DNA from: Phaeosaccion multiseriatum
Lineage: Eukaryota; Protista; Ochrophyta, other classes
Assembly: GCA_965112735.1 (NCBI GenBank)
Contig: OZ218955.1
Coordinates: 2,852,001-2,916,000, forward strand
Direction: 5' to 3'
Length of the DNA: 64,000 bases
A model generated the notes under the pieces. It was not told the origin of the DNA. It saw only the letters and a program-made list of their open reading frames with translations, and searched no databases. Positions within the stretch are counted from its first letter, which is position 1. Each line of letters starts with the position of its first letter. Made by a program: the position numbers and the translations under genes. Positions 10,028 to 35,325 of this stretch are shown piece after piece.

Positions 10028-10440
10028 TAGACAGCCACTTCTTCGGGTGGGGCCGAGACGCTTTTTTTCTTTTTACGGGGAAGATGCCACTGGACTTTTC
10101 CCCCCACCCGATCCGGAGGCGGCCTTGAAACCTCTTGGCTTTCTCTCTCCTCTTTCCCTTCGTCTCTTCCTCCTTCCCATCTCCCTCGTCTCTAAGTTTA
10201 GCTCATTATCTTGAAGAGTGAACGGTCTCATCTTCCTTGCTCTCCTTCTCTTCTTCAAGCTAACCTCTTCCTCTCTTCTTCTGACTCCCATAAACCTATT
10301 CTCCCCTTTCAAAATCTATCCATCCTATACCTTCCGATCACCTTCCTCCACGGGACCCTCCCTCCTTGGCTCCCCTCTCTCTTCTATCTCTTCTCCAAGC
10401 GGAGCTCCTCTCTTGAAGAGGAGGTGACCTGTGTGGACTG

Positions 10441-11329
10441 ATGAATCGGTCCACGATGAGGAGGAAAAGGAGCACTCGCGAGGTGACCATGGACACCATG
10501 GCTAAGGAAGCACTTGGCGGTATTGAAGCGTTAAGGAAAATAAGGCAACTAGTGGAGGCAAGGGAGCGACTTATTGAAGGGCACATTGCAAAGGCTTGTG
10601 CCGAGAGCGACCGAATCCTAGACGCTCACGAAGCCAGCCTGGAAGCAGAGGAGCAGCTTGAGGGAGGAGTCGAGGCATTTATGAACAGAAACAGCAGCAG
10701 CAGCAGCAGCAGCAAGGACAACAACAACAGCAACACCGAGGACGGTACTGTTATTGATGCACTGGAGGGCACCAGGCTCGTACTATCTAGGGTTGTGCGG
10801 GCGTGCGAGGCTTCAGTCAGCGCTGCTTGTACGGATGCAGCAGGGGCAGCACCGGCATTGCCAAGTCTCTGGGAGAGCTACCTGATGTGCAAGGACAATG
10901 GATGGTGGAGAGACGGCAAAGACACAAGAAGCCATCCATGCGAGCACTCCGGGGGTGGCGGAGCAGCAGGGGAGGAGGAATGGAGGGATAGGGCAGTAGC
11001 GCTTGTACACACATCTTTCTCGCTATTGAAAAGCCAAGCTGCTGCTGCTTTCAGTCCCGACAAGTGCTTGCAGCAAGTCAAGCAAGCTCTCCAGCTGCCC
11101 AGCGGTCGAGAGAATGACGAAGAAGAGCAAGAAGAAGAAGGAGTGGGGGGAGAGCGAGGAGGAGGAGTGGGGGGAGAGGGAGGAGGACACACAGAAGAAG
11201 AAAAGGCAGCCGACGCAGCAGCTGCGATACTGAGACAAGCCTTTGTGGAGATCGTCACGGGAGAGATGCAGAGGGGAGCCGATCAACAAGCATCGGAGGA
11301 AGAACCAGATGAAGAGCAAGACGAGCAAG

Positions 11330-11363
<34 letters not shown>

Positions 11364-14343
11364 CAGCAGCAGGAGAAGCAGCTGTGGACGATACCATGCG
11401 AGGCTGAGGCGGGAGCTGCGCCGCCTGGAGGAAGCCGAGGACGAGCTTCGTCGGGTGCTGCCCCCCCCCGATGAGGCGGAGGAGAGGACGAGGCGAGAGG
11501 CAGGGAGGGCAGAGATGCAGGGGGTAGCCACGGCCCTGCTCAAAGTCCGCTCCTCGCGCCTCGGAGATAAGTCAGAAGGAGTGAGAGTGGGGCGGCCGTG
11601 GCAACAAAGGCAGCAGAAGCAGCAAAAGCAGCAGAAGCAGCAGAAGCAGCAGAAGCAGCAAGGCCGAGTGCCACTAGTCCAAGAAGAAGAAGGGAAGAAA
11701 CGTGGTGCTGGTGGTGGTCGACTTCGTCGTCGTCGTGGTGATGGTGGTGGTGAGGCTGTCACGGGAAGGAAGTGCAGAGGAAGGCCAATGAAGTTCGCCC
11801 TCGACGGCAGCAGAAGCGCAACGAGCTTTCCCACATCCCTTCCACCTCCAACTGGCGCTACTACTTCTACTAGGCCAGCAGCTGCTGTATCACCAACCCA
11901 TCATCATCATCCTCACGCTCGTGCCGCCCTCGCGCTGCGCGACGCGAGTGGGCATCGGGTGGAGAGCGTGCAGTCAGTGCAAGAGAAGCGCCTCCTCGCC
12001 TTGGACGAGCTGAGGCGTCTTGAGAGCTCCACGTGCTCCCTGTCGGCCAGGTGCGCCGGTGCCTTAGCCATATGCCTCTAAATCTATTTGTCGTCTTTTC
12101 CTTTCCATCCATACTCCTCTCATCTTCGATCCCCTCCTTCCCCGTCGCGTACTGTATGCCTCTAACCGAATGAATGAATAAACTCCCCCCCCCCCCCAAC
12201 CTCCCTCTCCACATGCCTCTACTCTCTCGCCCCCCCCCCTGCTGGCAGCGCTCATCTGTCGGCGGTGTACATGAAGGCGATGCACCTGTGCGCAGACGCC
12301 AAGCTCCACGCAGGAGAGGCGCTCAGGCTCTTCGACACTATGCTCGCCAGAGGATGCATGGTGGGCAGTGGCAGCAGCAGTCATACGGGCGACGACAACA
12401 ACAACAACAGTCATATGGGCAGCCGCAGTCGTACGGCCACGGGCAGCAGAAACAGTCAGTCAGTCAGTCAGTCAGTCAGTCAGGGGGTGCATCGGGCCCT
12501 TCTTCGAGCCTTGAAGGCCGCTCACCCCCCCTGTCCGGGCGGCATCGTCGTATCCGTGCTTGCGGACATGAGGGAGCGGGGTGTGCGGCCGAGCGTGGGC
12601 ATGTACAACATTGTGATTGGCGCGTGTAAGGGGGAGAATGACTGGGCCCTTGCCACCAGAGTGTTGAAGATGATGAAGGTGAGAACGGAGTGGAAGGGGG
12701 GGGGGTGCAGGTGGGGGTGGGTGGGGTTGGGTGGGGTGAGAAGGGATGGTGGTTAGGAATCCTTCTTTGCTTGGCAAAACAACCCAACGCACGCCCTTCC
12801 TGACCCTTTTCGCCCCCTTTCTCTCCCCCTACCTGGTGTCAGGAGGACGGCGTGCCTCAGAATAGGGCCACGTGGAAAGCCCTGGCAGACGCTTCTGTGT
12901 GTACGGTTGCCGCCCCCACCAACACCATCTATGAGTCCCTACGGTGAGTGAGTGTGTGAGTGTGTGAGGGAGTGAGTGAGTGAGTGAGTGGGTGAGTGAG
13001 TGTGTGAGTGTGTGAGTGAGTGAGTGTATGTGTGAGTGAGTGTGTGAGTGTATATGTGTGTGGGTGAGTGGGTGAGTGAGTGAGTGGGTGAGTGAGTGAG
13101 TGTGTGAGTGAGTGAGTGAGTGTGTGTGTGTGAGTGAGTGGGTGAGTGAGTGAGTGTGTGTGTGTGAGTGAGTGGGTGAGTGAGTGAGTGAGTGGGTGAG
13201 TGAGTGAGTGAGTGAGTGAGTGAGTGAGTGGATGAGTGAGTGAGTGTGTGAGTGAGTGAGTGAGTGTGTGTGTGTGAGTGAGTGGGTGAGTGAGTGAGTG
13301 TGTGTGTGTGAGTGAGTGGGTGAGTGAGTGAGTGAGTGAGTGAGTGAGTGAGTGAGTGAGTGAGTGAGTGAGTGAGTGAGTGAGTGAGTGAGTGAGTGAG
13401 TGAGTGGGTGAGTGAGTGAGTGAGTGAGTGAGTGAGTGAGTGAGTGAGTGAGTGAGTGAGTGAGTGAGTGAGTGGGTGAGTGAGTGAGTGGGTGAGTGAG
13501 TGAGTGGGTGAGTGAGTGAGTGGGTGAGTGAGTGAGTGAGTGAGTGAGTGAGTGAGTGGGTGAGTGAGTGAGTGAGTGAGTGGGTCAGTAAATGAGTGGG
13601 TGAGTGAGTGAATGAGTAAGTGGGTGAGTGAGTGAGTGAGTGAGTGAGTGAGTGAGATTGAGTGGTTTAAGTGACTGACTGAGTGACTGAGTAAGGCAAG
13701 AGGAGGAGCCATTGCTCCCGTTTCTCTGGCTTTCGTCTCTCCCCCACCCACTGCCCCCCAGCTCCCGCTCTCGTCTCTCCTGTATCACTGCTATCTCACT
13801 CTCAAGTTTAGCTCTCCCTTATCCCACCCCCTGCCACATCTTCCCCATCCACTGCCATCCAGCTCTCACGACGTCCCCCCCGACCCCGCCTATGCGGTTG
13901 CTCGAGCCAGCGCTGGGAGCCCCAGGAGGTTTTTCACCGCGCACGCACTCACGGACGCAGTCCTGGCGGCGGAGCAGCAGGCGCAGGAGAGGCGTCTTCT
14001 CCTCAGCAGTAGCAGCAGCAGCACCAGCAGCAGCAGCAGAAGCAATAGCACCGTTCTTCCCCTGTCCGGGCAGCACCCACACTCATGCGACAAGACTAGC
14101 GGCCATGCTGTGGGCAGGGAGGTTAAGGCCAAGCAGAGCAGCACTGCTCTCATCAGCAGAGCAAGGAGTGAGGGGGCGGGCGGCGGCAGAGGGGTTAGGT
14201 CAGTACTGAGCAGGCAGACAAGAGCAGCGGCGTGTGGAGCGTATGGCTGCGGTCCGTCGCCCACCACGCCCAACCTTTTGAGTGAGCAGCTGTGCTGGTC
14301 TCTGGAGACGCACACACCAGGAAGCCCAAGTACCGTTACGTGA
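10441..14343 (+). CDS. Pentatricopeptide-repeat (PPR)-containing protein with a long low-complexity N-terminus; exons approx. 10441-12049, 12250-12678 (12361-12483 possibly an intron), 12843-12943, 13911-14343
   Basis: PPR-like helices EALRLFDTMLARG, LADMRERGVRPSVGMYNIVIGACKGENDWALATRVLKMMK|EDGVPQNRATWKAL. Splice phases join the 546-aa ORF (AG|GTGCGC at 12049) to these exons. Confidence 0.6.
12944..13655. repeat. (GAGT)n/(GT)n microsatellite starting at the intron donor GTGAGT
   Basis: Directly visible. Confidence 0.95.
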
Positions 14344-14590
14344 GAAAAGAAAAGGAATTTGCCGTTACACGCCAGGAAGTCAACAAAATACTTTATTTCT
14401 CGTGCTCTTTCGTGCTGGTGCTCCTGGCTTTGGAATTATCGTACTGGGTGGCGGCGAGGACCAGCCACTCTTCGTTCTCTCGACAGGATCGTGAGTGGAG
14501 GGAGAGGTTTGGGGCTGTTGCGGTCCTCCGTCCCCTCCTTGGCTTCTTCCTCCTGGGGTCGGGCGGGGAAGCCCGCAGCAGGGGCGGACC

Positions 14591-28149
<13,559 letters not shown>

Positions 28150-29888
28150 CACCAACATGCACAGCAACACCAGACCTCTGAGAGACCGCTCCATCCGCAC
28201 CGAGAGAGATGGCGACGACTTGTAGAACCACCATGTGTAGCGAGTGCCGTATCTTAATCTTATCTTCCGTACGTAGCTACCAGAGTCGCTCGGCCGTAGA
28301 GCCACGGCCTTGGTGCGAGGGATCGAGAGAACAGACAAAAACACACGGACCGGTCAAAGTCACAGGCCACGCCGAACCTTCTACATGTCTTTTGTGAAGG
28401 GAGGAACAAGAAGACCACAACCGAGCGGCGTCGGGCGGAGTGGAGTGCAGCAGCACGACTGACATGGTGATATGGAGCGGGCAAGGCGGGCAAGCAGAGC
28501 ATATACGAAGGCCCATAGGCAAGAAGCCAACGATGGCATTAGGAGGAAAGCCAAAGGTGAGGTGGGGCAACAGCCCAAGCCCAAGCAATGCGGGCTAGCG
28601 ATGTTTGGCAACGTGTGCGACGCGACAGACAGTGGCATCATCGAAGGGGTGTGTGTGTGGAGAGCCGTAGATTGCCATCCGTGGATTGCCATCGCTCGTT
28701 GGCCCACCGTCACCCGTGGCGGCTCCATTCGATTGCTGCCCGCATTGCTTGCTTGCCCTGCCCGACTGGCTGGCCGCTCCCTGCTCTCCGTCTTGTCTTG
28801 CTTCTGTGCACACACGTACACACACACTTACAACAGTAGGAGTGGTAGGCACGAATATGGTACCAAATGCGCTTCGACGCCAGCAGGCGCACGCACGCCC
28901 ACACACGCACACGACACACAACGTACTTTCTGTTTACGAAGCGCAACCTCGCACCCAACTTTCAACTTTCCAACGATCCCAAGGCTCTGCCGATCAGCGG
29001 TCCGAGGAGGACATAGACACCCCGTGCGACATCTGTGGATACTTGATGAATGTACAATACAGTAAGATTACTTCCCAAACTTAATGGGGTGTTATCTTCC
29101 ACCACTCTCCCTCCAAGTTTCTCTCTGCAGTCCCCCTCCCCAACTGCAGCCCTCGATCCAAAGCCTCCATTTGTCCTATATACAATATGTATCATATATA
29201 ATATGTATTCATCCTCCTCCATGGCCTCCTCCATGGCCTCGGTGCTGCACACACCGCAGGGGCCTCTCTCCCCTCTCCTCTCTCCAGCGGGGGAATACTT
29301 CCCCAGGCAAGGAAGGAAGCCCCCAAGGAATGAATCCCTTCCTATCCTTCTCTTCCAAATCTCTCGTTCTCTTCGATCTCTGTTCCATTGGAGAAGAGAG
29401 GAGCTGCAGCGCGGTGCCGGGCATATGAGAGGCATATGAGAGGCAGATGAGAGGCATATGAGAGCTGCTTCCCACGGCGCCAAGCCGCTGCTCGAGAAGT
29501 CCGCATCGATGCGAGACCCTGCAGAGACTCACAAGCTGGCGACGACTGCATCCTGCCCGGTTGGTGCAGCGAGGTGGCGGAAGGGGGCGTTACACCATCG
29601 TTGGTCCCCTGTCTCCACCCTCCCTGCCCGCTCCAGCAGGTGACCTCCTTGGGCAGTGAGACCAAATGGAGTTATACGCGTACACGTCCGCTCGTACAAC
29701 CCAACCCTCCACCAGCAGCTGTCAAAAGATGAAGATGTATCGGGAAGCCGCGCTTGTGTGACCGAGGCACAAGGCCCTTTTGCTGTGGGCGAAGAATAAT
29801 TGTTCCGCGGTTCGCCCACTCCAGCAGTGGGTGTAACGCCCGCCAGACCAGACAAGCGGCGCACGCACCCACAAAGCCCGTCACCCCA

Positions 29889-31370
29889 TCATAGAGTGGC
29901 AATGTCTCCTCCTCGCCCTTGCCCGCCCCCCGCCTCCCCTGCTGCTGTATCACCAACTGCTGCTGCTGCCACTTGCAGGCCGTCCCCACTCCCTCGCCGT
30001 GCGTCTCTTCCCATGTCATCCCAGGATGAAGAGCCCAGCAAGCCGCCATAGCCAAGGCCATAACCACCCCCCTGTCCGCCCAGCAGAAGCTGCTCCTCCT
30101 GCTGCTGCTGCCATTGCTCCTCCCGGCGCTTACGGGCCTGCCGCAGAGGCCGTATGACCAACATGCAAAGGGCAAGCACCGCGCAGCAAAGCGTCACCGA
30201 GGCATTGACCACAAACACACCGCGAAAGCAAGTGGCCCCGCTGCAGTCCTCTCCCTGGTAAAAGATGCTCACGACCCCCGTCGCAAACACGAACGATCCC
30301 ACGGCAGGACCCAAATCCAACATGCCGTAGTTTGTCCCCACGTGCTTGGGTCCAAACATATCCCCTGCCAACGCCAGTGCCAGAGGAAAGAAGCTCCCGT
30401 AGCAGAAGCCAGCGGCTGCGAAAGACGCGTACACAAGGTGGGCGTTGCCAACGGCCAGTGTGAGGTTAACCACCGCACTGAGGCAGAGCATGAAGCTGAG
30501 CACGAGCGCGCGGGGCAGGCCCCTGGCCACGGCCATATCGCTGAGCCAGCCCGTCCCCAAGCGCCCCACTGAGTTGGCGATGCCTGTGTGTGTGTGTTTT
30601 ATGTGTGTATGTGTGTGTGTGTGTGTGCGTGTGTGCGCGTGTGTGTGCGTGTGCGTGTGTGCGTGTGTGTGTGTTTGAGTGAGTGTGTGTGTGTGTGTGT
30701 GCGGGCGGGGGGGGGGGGGGGAGTTGATAATACACGGGTCGGGGTGGAGAGTGGCACATGAGCTCCAAATTGACGGAGGCAAAGTGCGAGAGCAAGACGC
30801 ACACGCACACACACACACGCACACACACATACACACACATACAGACACGCACACACACAAATACACACACACACACACACACACACATACACACGGACCT
30901 ATGAGAGACACCAGGGCAGATCCCGAGCTGACACTGAAGGACTCGGCGATTTGACTGATGTTGTTGATCACAACCAGGCCTGCCCCTGCACCGCAACAGA
31001 AACAAGCCAACACGACGTAGAAGCGAAGGTCCCTCAGGCATTGGCTGAGAGAGGAGAGTGAGGATGAGATTGAGACACACAGAGAGAGAGAGATAGGGGA
31101 TGAAAGAAATCACACAGAGATAGAGACAGGATGAGTTGAATAGAGTTGAACAGATCAAACAGACACAGAGGGAGAGGATGAAATGTATCAAACAGACAGA
31201 GAGAAAGGGGTGGGGGGGGGCAGGGGGATGAGATTGAAAGACTGATAGGGAGAGAGATGGGGTACATGGTGGAGTATACCAACCTGGAAACCGTTCTCAA
31301 CGTCTGGTCCCTTTGCTCCACGCCCCACCACAAAGACACAGACACAGACACAGACACAGACACATACACA

Positions 31371-31402
<32 letters not shown>

Positions 31403-31406
31403 GACA

Positions 31407-31447
<41 letters not shown>

Positions 31448-32708
31448 AAAGACTCACCTCCATGTAAGGTCTCGGGAAGAGTGCCCGGGCACCGAGAGCA
31501 TCGACCTCTCGCGCGCGTACGCCGGTACCACGCCCCTGCTGCTCCCACTTTTGAACCTATTGCTGAATCCTCCTCCTCCCCCTCCCCCTCCTCCTCCTCC
31601 TCCTCCTGCTGCTGCTGCTACTGCTCCTTCTGTACACTCTTCGTCTCCCTCGTCCTCCGTCTTTCCACCGCTGCTGTCCGCCTTACTTCTCCTGCGATAC
31701 GGATGCGCTTCCCCTGCGCTCCCTGCTCCGTCTCCCCCCCATGCAGAGGAGGGAAACCCTCCAGTCGCAGCCGGAGACACGCTGAGGGTCTCAGGGGGGG
31801 GGGGCACATCGGAGAACCTTACGTACTGTCCACCCCCACCTCCTCCCTCAGTGGTGGTGCCGCTGATGTCATCGTACTCTATCCCTGTATCACCAACGCC
31901 CCCACCTCGTCCTCCTCCTCCTTCCCCGAGGAGCGGCTCGGCTTCCTTCATCAGGCTCGACCCGCCAAGCCCCCTGCCAAAGTAGTCCCCATCCCTGTCC
32001 CCGCCCCATCCTCCAAAGCAACAGCTGCTGCTGGTGCTGCTGCTGGTGCTGGTAACGCTGGCCGTCGACAAGCTGATCCAAACCCGACCGTACCTCAACG
32101 GCACACCTAACACCGAGAAGACCACAACGAGCATGGCCATGCCCGTGGAGGGAGAAGACATCTTCACCCCAAGCGATTGCACAATGACGCCGATGGTCAG
32201 CACAGCAATCACAGTCAAGAGGTAGGCGTAAAAGGGCCCCAGCGAGGGCGACTTGCCCTGCGCCCTCTCCAGGCCGTAGCCCCGCCTGAACTTGGCCGGG
32301 ATGAGCCGCATGGGGTGTGCCGTGAGTAGGCCCATGATGGGCACAAAGACGGAGAGGAAGAAGAGGAAGAGCACGACGTTATTGCTGCCGCTACCACCGA
32401 AGAGCCCCGTAAAGGTGAGGCCGAGGACGGCGCTGCTCATGCCGAAGATTGCCTTGATGATGCCGCTAACCTTGCCTCGGTCCGTGGAAGGGAAGTTCTG
32501 CACGATCACCGCTTGGGCTGTGGGCGGAGGAATGAAAGGAAGGAAGGAAGGAAGGAAGGAAGGAAGGAAGAGGAGGAGAGTGGAGGATAGTGGAGGATAG
32601 GATGGGACGGGGTTTGAGGGGGTTACACTCTGTCCATATGCCTCTACACTCCCCTCTTCACATTTCTCTCTCTCTCCGTCTCTCTCCCCGTGTGTGTGCG
32701 TGTGTGTG

Positions 32709-32757
<49 letters not shown>

Positions 32758-33711
32758 GCACCCCTGCTTACCGGCGTTGCCAAAGCAGGCCGAGCCGTGA
32801 TTCGCGAGGAAGAACATGGCCGCCACTGTTTGCACATTGCTGGGCACATACTCGCCTGACAGACAGCGCCGACGACAGCATTCGGGGAGATGGTGGGGGG
32901 GGTGGGAAAGGAGGAAGGGGGGGGGGGGTTGGTGGTGATTCGACTCAGAACGACGACTATGGAGGGTGAGAGAAAGAGACAGAGATAAGAGAGGGGGGCG
33001 CGGGGGCTGAGAGGCAGAGAGAGGGGGAGAGAAAGTGACTGTGAGAAGGGGCGGCCGACACAATGGCATGAAGCACTTCTTACCCAAGGCAAGGGCGACG
33101 TAGAGGAGGCCAACAAAGGTGTGCAACGCGCCCAGCCTGTACACGCACGCCGGCGACAGGCGCTCTAGCAGCAGCCCCACTGCGAAGGACGACCACTGCA
33201 TGAACAGTGGGGGCGTGGGACAGGGAGGAGGAGGAGGCTCATGAGAAATCTGGGGAGAACGCTGTGTGTCTGTGTGGATCTTGCTTCCTTCCCATCCTCC
33301 CTCTTACCTGGCCCAGTTCTCCGAACGAGGCGATGAGATCAACCGACGATTGGCTGGAGGCGTGTTCGGCAGGGGGGCATGGGCAGCGAGCAGGGAGGGG
33401 GGGGGGGGGGGCGGCTCAGAATAGGGACTTCTCCCACAAAGAGGACCTTTTCCGGGGGGAGCGGAACACCCACTGACTCACCTGAAGCCGAGCCTGTCCT
33501 TGAGACTCTCGCTGAAGAGTCCGAAGGCGTAGGTGTAGACGTTAAAAGCATTGACAAGGAAGCCCACAGCCAAAACAAACCACCGAGACCAAAACCCGCT
33601 ATGCTCCGTCTCCCCTCCTCCTTTGCCCGCCCTTACGGAGCAAATCATCGCGCTGAGGCCCCATCTCGACGCCTGGCTCTCCCCTGGTCCGCCGTCCCCC
33701 CCACGCCCCAT
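29889..33711 (-). CDS. Nodulin-like / MCH1-type major facilitator superfamily transporter, multi-exon
   Basis: Spliced segments [11 protein letters not shown]...[17 protein letters not shown]|[73 protein letters not shown]...[11 protein letters not shown] and CSGATCF are typical of the Nodulin-like MFS family. ATG at 33711 is inferred. Confidence 0.85.
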
Positions 33712-34008
33712 TGTGCAGCTTTTATCGTCTGGGTGCCATGTCTTATCGTCTCGATGAGCAAGAGAGTCAGGAGCAGGAATAAAGTGCTCGCAGCGGGGAG
33801 CTCTTTGCAGACCACTCAGCACGCCTTATCCTCCTGCCGCTTATTTGCGCTGCATTGTTGCTGCATTGTTTGTATCGCTGTTGGCGCTGCTCTGCTCTGC
33901 TCTGCTCCTTTTTTTCGATCAGTTGCGGCGTGAATCGCGATCGTTGACATAATTCTCCTCTTTCTCGCCTCCGATCCACCTCCCCTTAAAGTCTCTGCTG
34001 AGAGAACC

Positions 34009-35284
34009 ATGGCTCAAGTTAGAGGAGGAAAACCGTACTCGAAGCCCCTGCTCATGCTGGGGCTTGCAGTGGTAGCAACGACCGCCACAGCCTTTGCGGT
34101 GAAGAGGGTTCATTCCAGAGGTCTGATGCGGCTCGCGAGTAAGGAGGGTGGCAAAGGTGGGGTTGGTGGGAGCAGCAAAACGAGGCCTCCAGTGCCGAAG
34201 ATGGTTCCGCATAAAGGTCAGTGGGAGGGAGAGGTTGCGTACGCGCGCAATAACCATGAGGGGGGGGATAGGTGGGACAGAGAGCCCATCCTCCCAAAGC
34301 CAGGGAACACGACCTCTCGGCCCTTTTAGTCTTATCTATTTATTTCTCTCCCGACTTGCTACTGAATTCTCTCTACTATACCCTTCCCCCTCTCCTTCGC
34401 TCCCTTCCAGTTCTGTTCGGCAAGGTAGAAGGTGAGAACCGCGGAGAAAACCCCATGGACCCGCCCAAGCAACGAGGTGAGCAGGAAGAGAAGAGGAGAC
34501 TCGGGTGCACTTCGATGCGGTGGTTTCTCCCGCGGGAGAGGAGGAGACTAGCAGGAGTGTGGAGTTTGTATGTGTGTGTGTGTGGGGTGTCTCGGGGCCG
34601 TCACTCTGTACTCTAACCCCCCTCCCCTCCCCTCCCCTCCCCCTCCTCCTCCCCCCAAAGTGGACAACTACTTTTGGATGCGCGACGACGATCGCAAGGA
34701 CAAGGAAGTGATTGCACACATCGAGGTTAGCAAGCACATTCATCCGCCGTCAGTGCATAGAGTCTTCCGCACGAGCGACAGCAGCAAGACGTGTCACCTA
34801 CTCACCCACTCACCCACTCACCCGCCCACCCACCCACTCACCCACCCACCCACTCACCCACTCACCCACCCACTCACCCACCCACTCACCTACTCACCCA
34901 CCCACTCACCCACTCACCCACCCACCCACCCACCTACCGCCCACCCAACCGCCCACCTACCCAACCCCACCGCCCACCTACCCAACCCAACCAACCCAAC
35001 CCAATCAACCAACCAACCAACCAACCAATCAACCAACCAACCAACCAACCAACCCACCCAAAACCCAAAACCCAAAACCCACGACCCCACAACCCCAGGC
35101 CGAGAACGCCTTCACAGAGGGCAGCACCGCACACCTGGCGGGCCTGCGCGACTCCCTCTACAATGAGTTCCTCTCTCACATTAAGGAGACGGACGATTCG
35201 GTGCCCTACCCTCGCGGCCCTTACACGTACTTCTCACGCACTGTCAAGGGCCTCAGCTACAGCATCCACTGCAGGTGTGTGTAT

Positions 35285-35325
<41 letters not shown>

